Origin: Paraphysomonas bandaiensis
Taxonomy: Eukaryota; Protista; Chrysophyceae
Reading direction: 5' to 3'
Assembly (NCBI GenBank): GCA_965644295.1
Contig: CBFFRP010000533.1
Location: forward strand, 1 to 63,904
Length of the DNA: 63,904 nt
The notes beneath the pieces were generated by a model. That model saw only the letters and a program-made list of their open reading frames with translations, was not told where the DNA came from and ran no database searches. Positions 13,401 through 26,600 of this stretch are shown here, one piece after another. The position numbers were made by a program, and so were the translations under genes. The first letter of the stretch is position 1, and each line of letters starts with the position of its first letter.

Positions 13401-15439
13401 ATGAATCAATTGGAACACACTATCCGTGAATTAATTGAAGACGGACTGGCTGATAGTGCCGAGAAGATGTGCTCTGTGCTGCTACAGTCTGATATGTGTG
13501 TATATGAGGGGAGAGATGCATATACAGGCCACCGCCAGAAGCAGAGAGACAGAGGAGGAAATAGAGACAGTGATAGTCGAAGAGGACCTCATGAGAGGAT
13601 CAGAGAATTACATGGAGATGCATTGTTTGCACTTGAAGAATATTCTAGAGCACTTGATGCTTATAGACGAGCTGCGTCTGCTGCGTGTGTGTCCTCTACT
13701 AACAACGAGACACCTGTAGAGACACAGACACACGCCAGACCTGTGCTTGACTCTATTGATGCAAGATTAGTCTTCAAGCAATGTAAGTGTATGGTAAAGA
13801 TGGATGAAAGTGCTGCAGTTATACGGGAGATGGAACGTATACCGAAAGAGTTTCGCACTGTTCGTATGAATGTTTTTTTGGGAAATCTCTACAAGACTGC
13901 GAAACTGAGGCGGCATGCTGTCAGTACTCTGCAGGAGGTAGTGACTGCTAATCCACTTGCAGTTGAGTGCATTGAAGCTCTAGTGGATCTAGGAGTAGAG
14001 GTACATGATATTATTCGGGATGGAGCATCTAATGCTGCCGAGGGGGAAGAGGACGTTGTTGAATCATTTCGGAAAGCTTGGGTTCCTCAGTTAACCAATG
14101 CTCTCTGTCTTCAATATAACTCGGACTACGAAGGTTCAATACGATATGCCGTTATTTTATTATGCATATAATTTTGCTATAGGTTGTAAAGCACATTTGC
14201 AGCCATTGCTGTCACGTTATCCTGGTAGTGTTTATTTGACCACTCAACTGGCTCTATGTGCTCATAACGCAGAAGAGCCAGAGGAAGCAATACGCCTGTT
14301 TCGGTGTGTACGGCAAGCAGATAAGGGTTATAGCATGGGCATGGGCATATTCGCCCAGCTATTGTATTACAACCACACTCACCCTGGAGATAGAGTGGGC
14401 TCCTACAAAGGGTATGATGAGGAATTGTCTAGACTGGCCACGGATCTACTGACAGAGAACCCTAAGGTATCCGCGGGATGGGTAGCTGCTGCCTTGTATA
14501 CAGAGCTACGAGGGGATAAAGATAAGAGTCTCGCATTTGTGGAGAAAGTAAGAATGTATATTACTTTTTCATTCGTTGGCTCATGCTATCATTCTTTCAG
14601 GGTTGTCGGATGGGTGCAAGAACACCAATACCTTTCGTAGCGAAAGGCAATCTTTTCTTATCTAGAGGACAACCCGAGTCAGCATCGATTGCTTTTTCCC
14701 AGGCAATGTCATTAGATAAGCGCAATGTAGACGCTCTTTTTGGCATGGTAGAGAGTTGCCTTAAACTGGGGAAGTACAAGGATGCAATGCTTGGGGCGAA
14801 GTCGGCACTAAAATTGCGCTCAAATTCGTCTGTATGCTTTACTCTACTGGGGCGGGTTATATCGAAGAGTGACAGTGAAACTGGTCGCAAAGAGGCAGCA
14901 AAAGCATTCAAGAAGGCGCTCAAATTAAATCCACGCAACGATATGGCTGCATGTGAATTGGGTGAATTATTGTTGGCGGAGGGGCAGAATGAGGAGGCAG
15001 CATCAATGTAAGTGGGTTAATATGTAGCATATATCTGTATGTAATACACTACTCAGATTAAAACAGGTTATTGATATTAAGCCGACGTACAATCTGAGAT
15101 GTTTATATGGAAAGGTATGTCTTGCTGCCATGATATTTTCTCACTTTGGCAGCATTTCGCAAAGTGATAACGTATTGATATATGGAATATGCTCAGGTAT
15201 TAGGAAAGATGAATAATCACGACGCTGCCATAGATCAACTTCATTCAGCTATGTCTTCTGATCAAACAGGACTGGCGGATGAGCACAATATGGCAATGCA
15301 TGAAATGGACAGTGTAGAGAGCCACATGCGCGGGGAAGACATGGACGAAAGTGCGTCGAGTTCAGGATACTATGACACTACCCTGCGTAACATGCAATCC
15401 CCTTCTGAGATGGACATGCCTCGTTATATGCATAGCTAA
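13401..15439 (+). CDS. ANAPC7: Anaphase-promoting complex subunit 7 (TPR protein), multi-exon
   Basis: HGDALFALEEYSRAL, IPKEFRTVRMNVFLGNLY, NPLAVECIEALVDLGV, successive TPRs and a C-terminal ..VESHMRGEDMD. Short introns connect the track ORFs. Confidence 0.8.
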
Positions 15440-16000
15440 ATGGTAGCTCGTCGTAGGTCCTTGCCGTACTCAGTATGATGTTGTGCATAGTTTTGTGAAT
15501 GGTCGCATACCAATTTGTTCTAGCAAGACTGTATTGGTGTCTCTGATTAACTTATAAATTGTTGAATATATAGTAAATGGACTCATAAATAGCTACTTGT
15601 CTACATGACTGCTATGGTTATGACTTTCACGTGCACTAGACGTACAACTGCTGCGCATTTTTCTTTATCATATTTAATATTACGATGGGTAATCAATAAT
15701 CAATTACTAAATTTGTACTCGACCTCTCTTAGCTATCATTCACTGTAGGTACTCGCTACATTTATATAATCTTTACTACCAATCAATGTTATCAGATATT
15801 AGGTAGACACGATCTTATACAGTCAAAGTATTTCAGTTTCTCTAACATACTTCATACTTCTTATCATATCATTAACTCGTATCATAAGTCAAAAGCATAC
15901 TACAGTTTTCAGGGCTGCTGTAGAAGGGACACTAACATAAGTGGCACCTGTGTATATATCAACATTTTGCTTGCTCACTGCATTTGCTTTGAGTAAGAGA

Positions 16001-16157
16001 CCGAAAGTGGGTGCACCTTGATGCTTACGGTGACTCACAAGCAGCTTTCGTAGCATTAAATATAGTAGGATATCAGAGTTAAGCACTAGTTAGTAAAAGG
16101 TATAATGCTATATTAGTTTTGACTCTTACACGCCTATTGCTAATAATAAGACATTCA
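16001..16157 (+). mobile_element. Dispersed retroposon-like family, copy A (3' end)
   Basis: gtgggtgcaccttgatgcttacggtgactcacaagcagctttcgtagc...acgcctattgctaataataagacattca, shared with six other loci. Confidence 0.7.
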
Positions 16158-16322
16158 CTACTCATCCCAACGATATAACAACACCATATAAGTTTCCAAA
16201 AATGTTTCTTGATCATTTTAGTACATTGGTACAAACTACAAACTACAAGGCTATGAACATAGCATACAAAAGCAAATACCAGTAAGAGCATATAGCAACT
16301 GACTGGAGGCAATTATATAAAG

Positions 16323-17311
16323 TTAATATTTACAACGAAGTGACTTGCGTTTATCCACATGTAATCTCTTCAGCGATTTCCGGACTGTTGCACAGTGGGT
16401 GCGGGCAGACACTGCAGGGGACTTGACGCCACAGTACATATCATAAAAATCCATTGATTGATCTTCCTCTTCTGCTGATGTCATAAATGAGCATATTTCA
16501 ATGATTATATATAAATATACATACCCTGAACTTGCTCTATGGCTGGTCGTTTGTGTGCTTGACTGCTAGATACAGAAAGAGCTGGCTGGCATACACGTTT
16601 CCCTCTTCCATGACCAAACACCTGCACTAAATCAGAGGGGGAGGGAGAGGATAATCTGTGGGGCATCAGCAATGCATCGCGATACGAAGGGCGACTGTTC
16701 TCAACCGGCACAGAGGTTTTCTCAGTTTCCTCTTCTTCAGAAGGAATCAGAATCCAGTCAGACTCGTCATCAATGTCACATATTGTCCAGCCAAATTTGT
16801 CCACCTTAAGTGTCATGTTTGAAATCGACGACGACAAATTCGATATATCTTTTAAAATTTCAGACTCACTTAACGGTGGCCATGACTCCAAATCATCAAC
16901 AAACTTACAATCCTCCGATGAAAGTACACATGTCCCATGCGTACAAACGAGCGATTTTAACATATCAAAGCAGGCATCCCATGAATGCTGCTCATCCCAA
17001 ATACGATTAATAGTAGTCGGATTAACAGTTGGAAAGGAAGATATCAAATCCTTTAAGTGTCTGTCGTCATCAAGTACTGTGATGCGATCAGATGACTCCG
17101 AGCCCACAGGCAGATAAGCCATATACAAACACTCACTTGGGCTATCACAGACATTACTGGCGATAGTCTTTGCTTTCCGTGATTTCCCATGATCTGAATT
17201 CATCTTCTTTAGTTTGAATTGTGCTCTTGTGATGTTGTGATCAGCACAGTAGTGAGAGAGATCCTCACGACAGGATGATACGAATAGGATGGTAGAAGGA
17301 GGGAGAGACAT
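16323..17311 (-). CDS. Hypothetical protein with possible CUE-like segment (2 exons)
   Basis: 268-aa ORF plus a terminal exon (AEEEDQSMDFYDMY..KRKSLRCKY*). LKDLISSFPTVNPTTINRIW..WDACFDML resembles a CUE FP motif. Start codon uncertain. Confidence 0.55.
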
Positions 17312-17664
17312 GGACGAAGAGGGGGGTGAATAGAAGGAATGAGAGTGGTGAGTATGTTTGATAGAAAGTGTTATGTTTAATTGCTTTAGTCACAGTATGT
17401 GTGTATGTATGTATGTATGTGTGTCGCCAGAGGAGTGACTCCTATCTGTAACGATACACACGCTACATACTATACATACTCCTCTACATACATACACATA
17501 TACATATACCTACACACTCCTTCATATATTAAGCACAGTACATCCACATACATACTTCGAATATTCGCCATAATTTCTTGTAGATTTCTTCAGAAAATCA
17601 AATATTCTCTTAGAATACACAGTAGTCAGCGTATACTAGGAATACATTACGCATGGGGCTACCC

Positions 17665-20600
17665 GCAGAGTACACTGGAGGTCCTTGCAAAGCATGTGAT
17701 GAACCCTAGCAGAGTATGCTGGTTGTTATTGCAAAGCATGTGATGAACCCTAGCAGAGTATGCTGGTTGTCCTAGCAAAGCATGTGATGAACCCTTGCAG
17801 AGTATGCGGGTTGTCCTTGCAAAGCATGTGATGAACCCTAGCAGAGTATGCTGGTTGTCCTAGCAAAGCATGTGATGAACCCTAGCAGAGTATGCTGGTT
17901 GTTATTGCAAAGCATGTGATGAACCCTAGCAGAGTATGCTGGTTGTCCTAGCAAAGCATGTGATGAACCCTAGCAGAGTATGCTGGTTGTCCTTGCAAAG
18001 CATGTGATGAACCTTAGCAGAGTATGCTGGTTGTCCTAGCAAAGCATGTGATGAACCCTAGCAGAGTATGCTGGTTGTCCTTGCAAAGCATGTGATGAAC
18101 CTTAGCAGAGTATGCTGGTTGTCCTAGCAAAGCATGTGATGAACCCTAGCAGAGTATGCTGGTTGTTATTGCAAAGCATGTGATGAACCCTAGCAGAGTA
18201 TGCGGGTTGTCCTTGCAAAGCATGTGATGAACCCTAGCAGAGTATGCTGGTTGTCCTAGCAAAGCATGTGATGAATCCTAGCAGAGTATGCTGGTTGTCC
18301 TAGCAAAGCATGTGATGAACCTTAGCAGAGTATGCTGGTTGTCCTAGCAAAGCATGTGATGAACCCTAGCAGAGTATGCTGGTTGTTATTGCAAAGCATG
18401 TGATGAACCCTAGCAGAGTATGCGGGTTGTCCTTGCAAAGCATGTGATGAACCTTAGCAGAGTATGCTGGTTGTCCTAGCAAAGCATGTGATGAACCCTA
18501 GCAGAGTATGCTGGTTGTTATTGCAAAGCATGTGATGAACCCTAGCAGAGTATGCTGGTTGTTATTGCAAAGCATGTGATGAACCCTAGCAGAGTATGCT
18601 GGTTGTCCTAGCAAAGCATGTGATGAACCCTAGCAGAGTATGCTGGTTGTCCTAGCAAAGCATGTGATGAACCCTAGCAGAGTATGCTGGTTGTTATTGC
18701 AAAGCATGTGATGAACCCTAGCAGAGTATGCTGGTTGTCCTAGCAAAGCATGTGATGAACCCTAGCAGAGTATGCTGGTTGTTGTTGCAAAGCATGTGAT
18801 GAACCCTAGCAGAGTATGCTGGTTGTCCTAGCAAAGCATGTGATGAACCCTAGCAGAGTATGCTGGTTGTCCTAGCAAAGCATGTGATGAACCCTAGCAG
18901 AGTATGCTGGTTGTCCTAGCAAAGCATGTGATGAACCCTAGCAGAGTATGCTGGTTGTTATTGCAAAGCATGTGATGAACCCTAGCAGAGTATGCTGGTT
19001 GTCCTTGCAAAGCATGAGATGAACCCTAGCAGAGTATGCTGGTTGTCCTAGCAAAGCATGTGATGAACCCTAGCAGAGTATGCTGGTTGTCCTTGCAAAG
19101 CATGTGATGAACCCTAGCAGAGTATGCGGGTTGTCCTTGCAAAGCATGTGATGAACCCTAGCAGAGTATGCTGGTTGTCCTAGCAAAGCATGTGATGAAC
19201 CCTAGCAGAGTATGCTGGTTGTTATTGCAAAGCATGTGATGAACCCTAGCAGAGTATGCTGGTTGTCCTAGCAAAGCATGTGATGAACCCTAGCAGAGTA
19301 TGCTGGTTGTCCTAGCAAAGCATGTGATGAACCCTAGCAGAGTATGCGGGTTGTCCTTGCAAAGCATGTGATGAACCCTAGCAGAGTATGCTGGTTGTCC
19401 TTGCAAAGCATGTGATGAACCTTAGCAGAGTATGCTGGTTGTCCTAGCAAAGCATGTGATGAACCCTAGCAGAGTATGCTGGTTGTCCTAGCAAAGCATG
19501 TGATGAACCCTAGCAGAGTATGCTGGTTGTTATTGCAAAGCATGTGATGAACCCTAGCAGAGTATGCTGGTTGTTATTGCAAAGCATGTGATGAACCCTA
19601 GCAGAGTATGCTGGTTGTTATTGCAAAGCATGAGATGAACCCTAGCAGAGTATGCTGGTTGTCCTAGCAAAGCATGTGATGAACCCTAGCAGAGTATGCT
19701 GGTTGTTATTGCAAAGCATGTGATGAACCCTAGCAGAGTATGCGGGTTGTTATTGCAAAGCATGTGATGAACCCTAGCAGAGTATGCTGGTTGTCCTAGC
19801 AAAGCATGTGATGAACCCTAGCAGAGTATGCTGGTTGTTATTGCAAAGCATGTGATGAACCCTAGCAGAGTATGCTGGTTGTTATTGCAAAGCATGTGAT
19901 GAACCCTAGCAGAGTATGCGGGTTGTTATTGCAAAGCATGTGATGAACCCTAGCAGAGTATGCTGGTTGTCCTAGCAAAGCATGTGATGAACCCTAGCAG
20001 AGTATGCTGGTTGTTATTGCAAAGCATGTGATGAACCCTAGCAGAGTATGCTGGTTGTCCTAGCAAAGCATGTGATGAACCCTAGCAGAGTATGCTGGTT
20101 GTCCTTGCAAAGCATGAGATGAACCCTAGCAGAGTATGCTGGTTGTCCTAGCAAAGCATGTGATGAACCCTAGCAGAGTATGCTGGTTGTCCTTGCAAAG
20201 CATGTGATGAACCCTAGCAGAGTATGCGGGTTGTTATTGCAAAGCATGTGATGAACCCTAGCAGAGTATGCTGGTTGTCCTAGCAAAGCATGTGATGAAC
20301 CCTAGCAGAGTATGCTGGTTGTCCTTGCAAAGCATGTGATGAACCCTAGCAGAGTATGCTGGTTGTCCTAGCAAAGCATGTGATGAACCCTAGCAGAGTA
20401 TGCTGGTTGTCCTAGCAAAGCATGTGATGAACCCTAGCAGAGTATGCTGGTTGTCCTAGCAAAGCATGTGATGAACCCTAGCAGAGTATGCTGGTTGTCC
20501 TAGCAAAGCATGTGATGAACCCTAGCAGAGTATGCTGGTTGTCCTAGCAAAGCATGTGATGAACCCTAGCAGAGTATGCTGGTTGTCCTAGCAAAGCATG

Positions 20601-23600
20601 TGATGAACCCTAGCAGAGTATGCTGGTTGTTATTGCAAAGCATGTGATGAACCCTAGCAGAGTATGCTGGTTGTCCTAGCAAAGCATGTGATGAACCCTA
20701 GCAGAGTATGCTGGTTGTCCTAGCAAAGCATGTGATGAACCCTAGCAGAGTATGCTGGTTGTTATTGCAAAGCATGTGATGAACCCTAGCAGAGTATGCT
20801 GGTTGTCCTAGCAAAGCATGTGATGAACCCTAGCAGAGTATGCTGGTTGTTATTGCAAAGCATGTGATGAACCCTAGCAGAGTATGCTGGTTGTTTTTGC
20901 AAAGCATGTGATGAACCCTAGCAGAGTATGCTGGTTGTCCTAGCAAAGCATGTGATGAACCCTAGCAGAGTATGCTGGTTGTCCTAGCAAAGCATGTGAT
21001 GAACCCTTGCAGAGTATGCTGGTTGTCCTTGCAAAGCATGTGATGAACCTTAGCAGAGTATGCTGGTTGTCCTAGCAAAGCATGTGATGAACCCTAGCAG
21101 AGTATGCTGGTTGTCCTAGCAAAGCATGTGATGAACCCTAGCAGAGTATGGTGGTTGTCCTAGCAAAGCATGTGATGAACCCTAGCAGAGTATGCTGGTT
21201 GTTATTGCAAAGCATGTGATGAACCCTAGCAGAGTATGCTGGTTGTCCTAGCAAAGCATGTGATGAACCCTAGCAGAGTATGCTGGTTGTTATTGCAAAG
21301 CATGTGATGAACCCTAGCAGAGTATGCTGGTTGTCCTAGCAAAGCATGTGATGAACCCTAGCAGAGTATGCGGGTTGTCCTAGCAAAGCATGTGATGAAC
21401 CCTAGCAGAGTATGCGGGTTGTTATTGCAAAGCATGTGATGAACCCTAGCAGAGTATGCTGGTTGTCCTAGCAAAGCATGTGATGAACCCTAGCAGAGTA
21501 TGCTGGTTGTTATTGCAAAGCATGTGATGAACCCTAGCAGAGTATGCTGGTTGTTATTGCAAAGCATGTGATGAACCCTAGCAGAGTATGCTGGTTGTCC
21601 TAGCAAAGCATGTGATGAACCCTAGCAGAGTATGCTGGTTGTCCTAGCAAAGCATGTGATGAACCCTAGCAGAGTATGCTGGTTGTCCTAGCAAAGCATG
21701 TGATGAACCCTAGCAGAGTATGCTGGTTGTCCTAGCAAAGCATGTGATGAACCCTAGCAGAGTATGCTGGTTGTTATTGCAAAGCATGTGATGAACCCTA
21801 GCAGAGTATGGTGGTTGTCCTAGCAAAGCATGTGATGAACCCTAGCAGAGTATGCTGGTTGTTATTGCAAAGCATGTGATGAACCCTAGCAGAGTATGCT
21901 GGTTGTCCTAGCAAAGCATGTGATGAACCCTAGCAGAGTATGCTGGTTGTTATTGCAAAGCATGTGATGAACCCTAGCAGAGTATGCTGGTTGTCCTAGC
22001 AAAGCATGTGATGAACCCTAGCAGAGTATGCGGGTTGTCCTAGCAAAGCATGTGATGAACCCTAGCAGAGTATGCGGGTTGTTATTGCAAAGCATGTGAT
22101 GAACCCTAGCAGAGTATGCTGGTTGTCCTAGCAAAGCATGTGATGAACCCTAGCAGAGTATGCTGGTTGTTATTGCAAAGCATGTGATGAACCCTAGCAG
22201 AGTATGCTGGTTGTTATTGCAAAGCATGTGATGAACCCTAGCAGAGTATGCTGGTTGTCCTAGCAAAGCATGTGATGAACCCTAGCAGAGTATGCTGGTT
22301 GTCCTAGCAAAGCATGTGATGAACCCTAGCAGAGTATGCTGGTTGTCCTAGCAAAGCATGTGATGAACCCTAGCAGAGTATGGTGGTTGTCCTAGCAAAG
22401 CATGTGATGAACCCTAGCAGAGTATGCTGGTTGTTATTGCAAAGCATGTGATGAACCCTAGCAGAGTATGCTGGTTGTCCTAGCAAAGCATGTGATGAAC
22501 CCTAGCAGAGTATGCTGGTTGTTATTGCAAAGCATGTGATGAACCCTAGCAGAGTATGCTGGTTGTCCTAGCAAAGCATGTGATGAACCCTAGCAGAGTA
22601 TGCGGGTTGTCCTAGCAAAGCATGTGATGAACCCTAGCAGAGTATGCGGGTTGTTATTGCAAAGCATGTGATGAACCCTAGCAGAGTATGCTGGTTGTCC
22701 TAGCAAAGCATGTGATGAACCCTAGCAGAGTATGCTGGTTGTTATTGCAAAGCATGTGATGAACCCTAGCAGAGTATGCTGGTTGTTATTGCAAAGCATG
22801 TGATGAACCCTAGCAGAGTATGCTGGTTGTCCTAGCAAAGCATGTGATGAACCCTAGCAGAGTATGCTGGTTGTCCTAGCAAAGCATGTGATGAACCCTA
22901 GCAGAGTATGCTGGTTGTCCTAGCAAAGCATGTGATGAACCCTAGCAGAGTATGCTGGTTGTCCTAGCAAAGCATGTGATGAACCCTAGCAGAGTATGCT
23001 GGTTGTTATTGCAAAGCATGTGATGAACCCTAGCAGAGTATGGTGGTTGTCCTAGCAAAGCATGTGATGAACCCTAGCAGAGTATGCTGGTTGTTATTGC
23101 AAAGCATGTGATGAACCCTAGCAGAGTATGCTGGTTGTCCTAGCAAAGCATGTGATGAACCCTAGCAGAGTATGCTGGTTGTTATTGCAAAGCATGTGAT
23201 GAACCCTAGCAGAGTATGCTGGTTGTCCTAGCAAAGCATGTGATGAACCCTAGCAGAGTATGCGGGTTGTCCTAGCAAAGCATGTGATGAACCCTAGCAG
23301 AGTATGCGGGTTGTTATTGCAAAGCATGTGATGAACCCTAGCAGAGTATGCTGGTTGTCCTAGCAAAGCATGTGATGAACCCTAGCAGAGTATGCTGGTT
23401 GTTATTGCAAAGCATGTGATGAACCCTAGCAGAGTATGCTGGTTGTTATTGCAAAGCATGTGATGAACCCTAGCAGAGTATGCTGGTTGTCCTAGCAAAG
23501 CATGTGATGAACCCTAGCAGAGTATGCTGGTTGTCCTAGCAAAGCATGTGATGAACCCTAGCAGAGTATGCTGGTTGTCCTAGCAAAGCATGTGATGAAC

Positions 23601-26600
23601 CCTAGCAGAGTATGCTGGTTGTCCTTGCAAAGCATGTGATGAACCCTAGCAGAGTATGCTGGTTGTCCTAGCAAAGCATGTGATGAACCCTAGCAGAGTA
23701 TGCTGGTTGTCCTTGCAAAGCATGTGATGAACCCTAGCAGAGTATGCGGGTTGTCCTTGCAAAGCATGTGATGAACCCTAGCAGAGTATGCTGGTTGTCC
23801 TAGCAAAGCATGTGATGAACCCTAGCAGAGTATGCTGGTTGTCCTAGCAAAGCATGTGATGAACCCTAGCAGAGTATGCTGGTTGTTATTGCAAAGCATG
23901 TGATGAACCCTAGCAGAGTATGCGGGTTGTCCTTGCAAAGCATGTGATGAACCTTAGCAGAGTATGGTGGTTGTCCTAGCAAAGCATGTGATGAACCCTA
24001 GCAGAGTATGCTGGTTGTCCTAGCAAAGCATGTGATGAACCCTAGCAGAGTATGCTGGTTGTCCTAGCAAAGCATGTGATGAACCCTAGCAGAGTATGCT
24101 GGTTGTTATTGCAAAGCATGTGATGAACCCTAGCAGAGTATGCTGGTTGTCCTAGCAAAGCATGTGATGAACCCTAGCAGAGTATGCTGGTTGTTATTGC
24201 AAAGCATGTGATGAACCCTAGCAGAGTATGCGGGTTGTTATTGCAAAGCATGTGATGAACCCTAGCAGAGTATGCGGGTTGTCCTTGCAAAGCATGTGAT
24301 GAACCCTAGCAGAGTATGCGGGTTGTCCTTGCAAAGCATGTGATGAACCCTAGCAGAGTATGCTGATTGTCCTTGCAAAGCATGTGATGAACCCTTGCAG
24401 AGTATGCGGGTTGTCCTTGCAAAGCATGTGATGAACCCTAGCAGAGTATGCTGGTTGTCCTTGCAAAGCATGTGATGAACCCTAGCAGAGTATGCGGGTT
24501 ATCGTTGCAAAGCATGAGATGAACCCTAGCAGAGTATGCAGGTAGTCCTTGCAAAGCATGTGATGAACCCTAGCAGAGTATGCTGGTTATTGTTGCAGAG
24601 CATGTGATGAATCCTAGCAGAGTATGCAGGTAGTCCTTGCAGAGCATGTGATGTACCCTAGCAGAGTATGCAGGTAGTCCTTGCAAAGCATGTGATGAAT
24701 CCTAGCAGAGTATGCAGGTAGTCCTTGCAAAGCATGAGATGAACCCTAGCAGAGTATGCTGGTTGTCCTAGCAAAGCATGTGATGAACCCTAGCAGAGTA
24801 TGCTGGTTGTTATTGCAAAGCATGTGATGAACCCTAGCAGAGTATGCTGGTTGTCCTAGCAAAGCATGTGATGAACCCTAGCAGAGTATGCTGGTTGTCC
24901 TAGCAAAGCATGTGATGAACCCTTGCAGAGTATGCTGGTTGTCCTTGCAAAGCATGTGATGAACCCTAGCAGAGTATGCTGGTTGTCCTTGCAAAGCATG
25001 TGATGAACCCTAGCAGAGTATGCTGGTTGTCCTAGCAAAGCATGTGATGAACCCTAGCAGAGTATGGTGGTTGTCCTAGCAAAGCATGTGATGAACCCTA
25101 GCAGAGTATGCAGGTTGTCCTAGCAAAGCATGTGATGAACCCTAGCAGAGTATGCTGGTTGTCCTAGCAAAGCATGTGATGAACCCTAGCAGAGTATGCT
25201 GGTTGTTATTGCAAAGCATGTGATGAACCCTAGCAGAGTATGCTGGTTGTCCTAGCAAAGCATGTGATGAACCCTAGCAGAGTATGCGGGTTGTCCTAGC
25301 AAAGCATGTGATGAACCCTAGCAGAGTATGCGGGTTGTTATTGCAAAGCATGTGATGAACCCTAGCAGAGTATGCTGGTTGTCCTAGCAAAGCATGTGAT
25401 GAACCCTAGCAGAGTATGCTGGTTGTTATTGCAAAGCATGTGATGAACCCTAGCAGAGTATGCTGGTTGTTATTGCAAAGCATGTGATGAACCCTAGCAG
25501 AGTATGCTGGTTGTCCTAGCAAAGCATGTGATGAACCCTAGCAGAGTATGCTGGTTGTCCTAGCAAAGCATGTGATGAACCCTAGCAGAGTATGCTGGTT
25601 GTCCTAGCAAAGCATGTGATGAACCCTAGCAGAGTATGCTGGTTGTCCTTGCAAAGCATGTGATGAACCATAGCAGAGTATGCTGGTTGTCCTAGCAAAG
25701 CATGTGATGAACCCTAGCAGAGTATGCTGGTTGTCCTAGCAAAGCATGTGATGAACCCTAGCAGAGTATGCGGGTTGTCCTTGCAAAGCATGTGATGAAC
25801 CCTAGCAGAGTATGCTGGTTGTCCTAGCAAAGCATGTGATGAACCCTAGCAGAGTATGCTGGTTGTCCTAGCAAAGCATGTGATGAACCCTAGCAGAGTA
25901 TGCTGGTTGTTATTGCAAAGCATGTGATGAACCCTAGCAGAGTATGCGGGTTGTCCTTGCAAAGCATGTGATGAACCTTAGCAGAGTATGGTGGTTGTCC
26001 TAGCAAAGCATGTGATGAACCCTAGCAGAGTATGCTGGTTGTCCTAGCAAAGCATGTGATGAACCCTAGCAGAGTATGCTGGTTGTTATTGCAAAGCATG
26101 TGATGAACCCTAGCAGAGTATGCTGGTTGTCCTAGCAAAGCATGTGATGAACCCTAGCAGAGTATGCTGGTTGTCCTAGCAAAGCATGTGATGAACCCTA
26201 GCAGAGTATGCGGGTTGTTATTGCAAAGCATGTGATGAACCCTAGCAGAGTATGCGGGTTGTCCTTGCAAAGCATGTGATGAACCCTAGCAGAGTATGCG
26301 GGTTGTCCTTGCAAAGCATGTGATGAACCCTAGCAGAGTATGCTGGTTGTCCTTGCAAAGCATGTGATGAACCCTTGCAGAGTATGCGGGTTGTCCTTGC
26401 AAAGCATGTGATGAACCCTAGCAGAGTATGCTGGTTGTCCTTGCAAAGCATGTGATGAACCCTAGCAGAGTATGCGGGTTATCGTTGCAAAGCATGAGAT
26501 GAACCCTAGCAGAGTATGCAGGTAGTCCTTGCAAAGCATGTGATGAACCCTAGCAGAGTATGCTGGTTATTGTTGCAGAGCATGTGATGAATCCTAGCAG

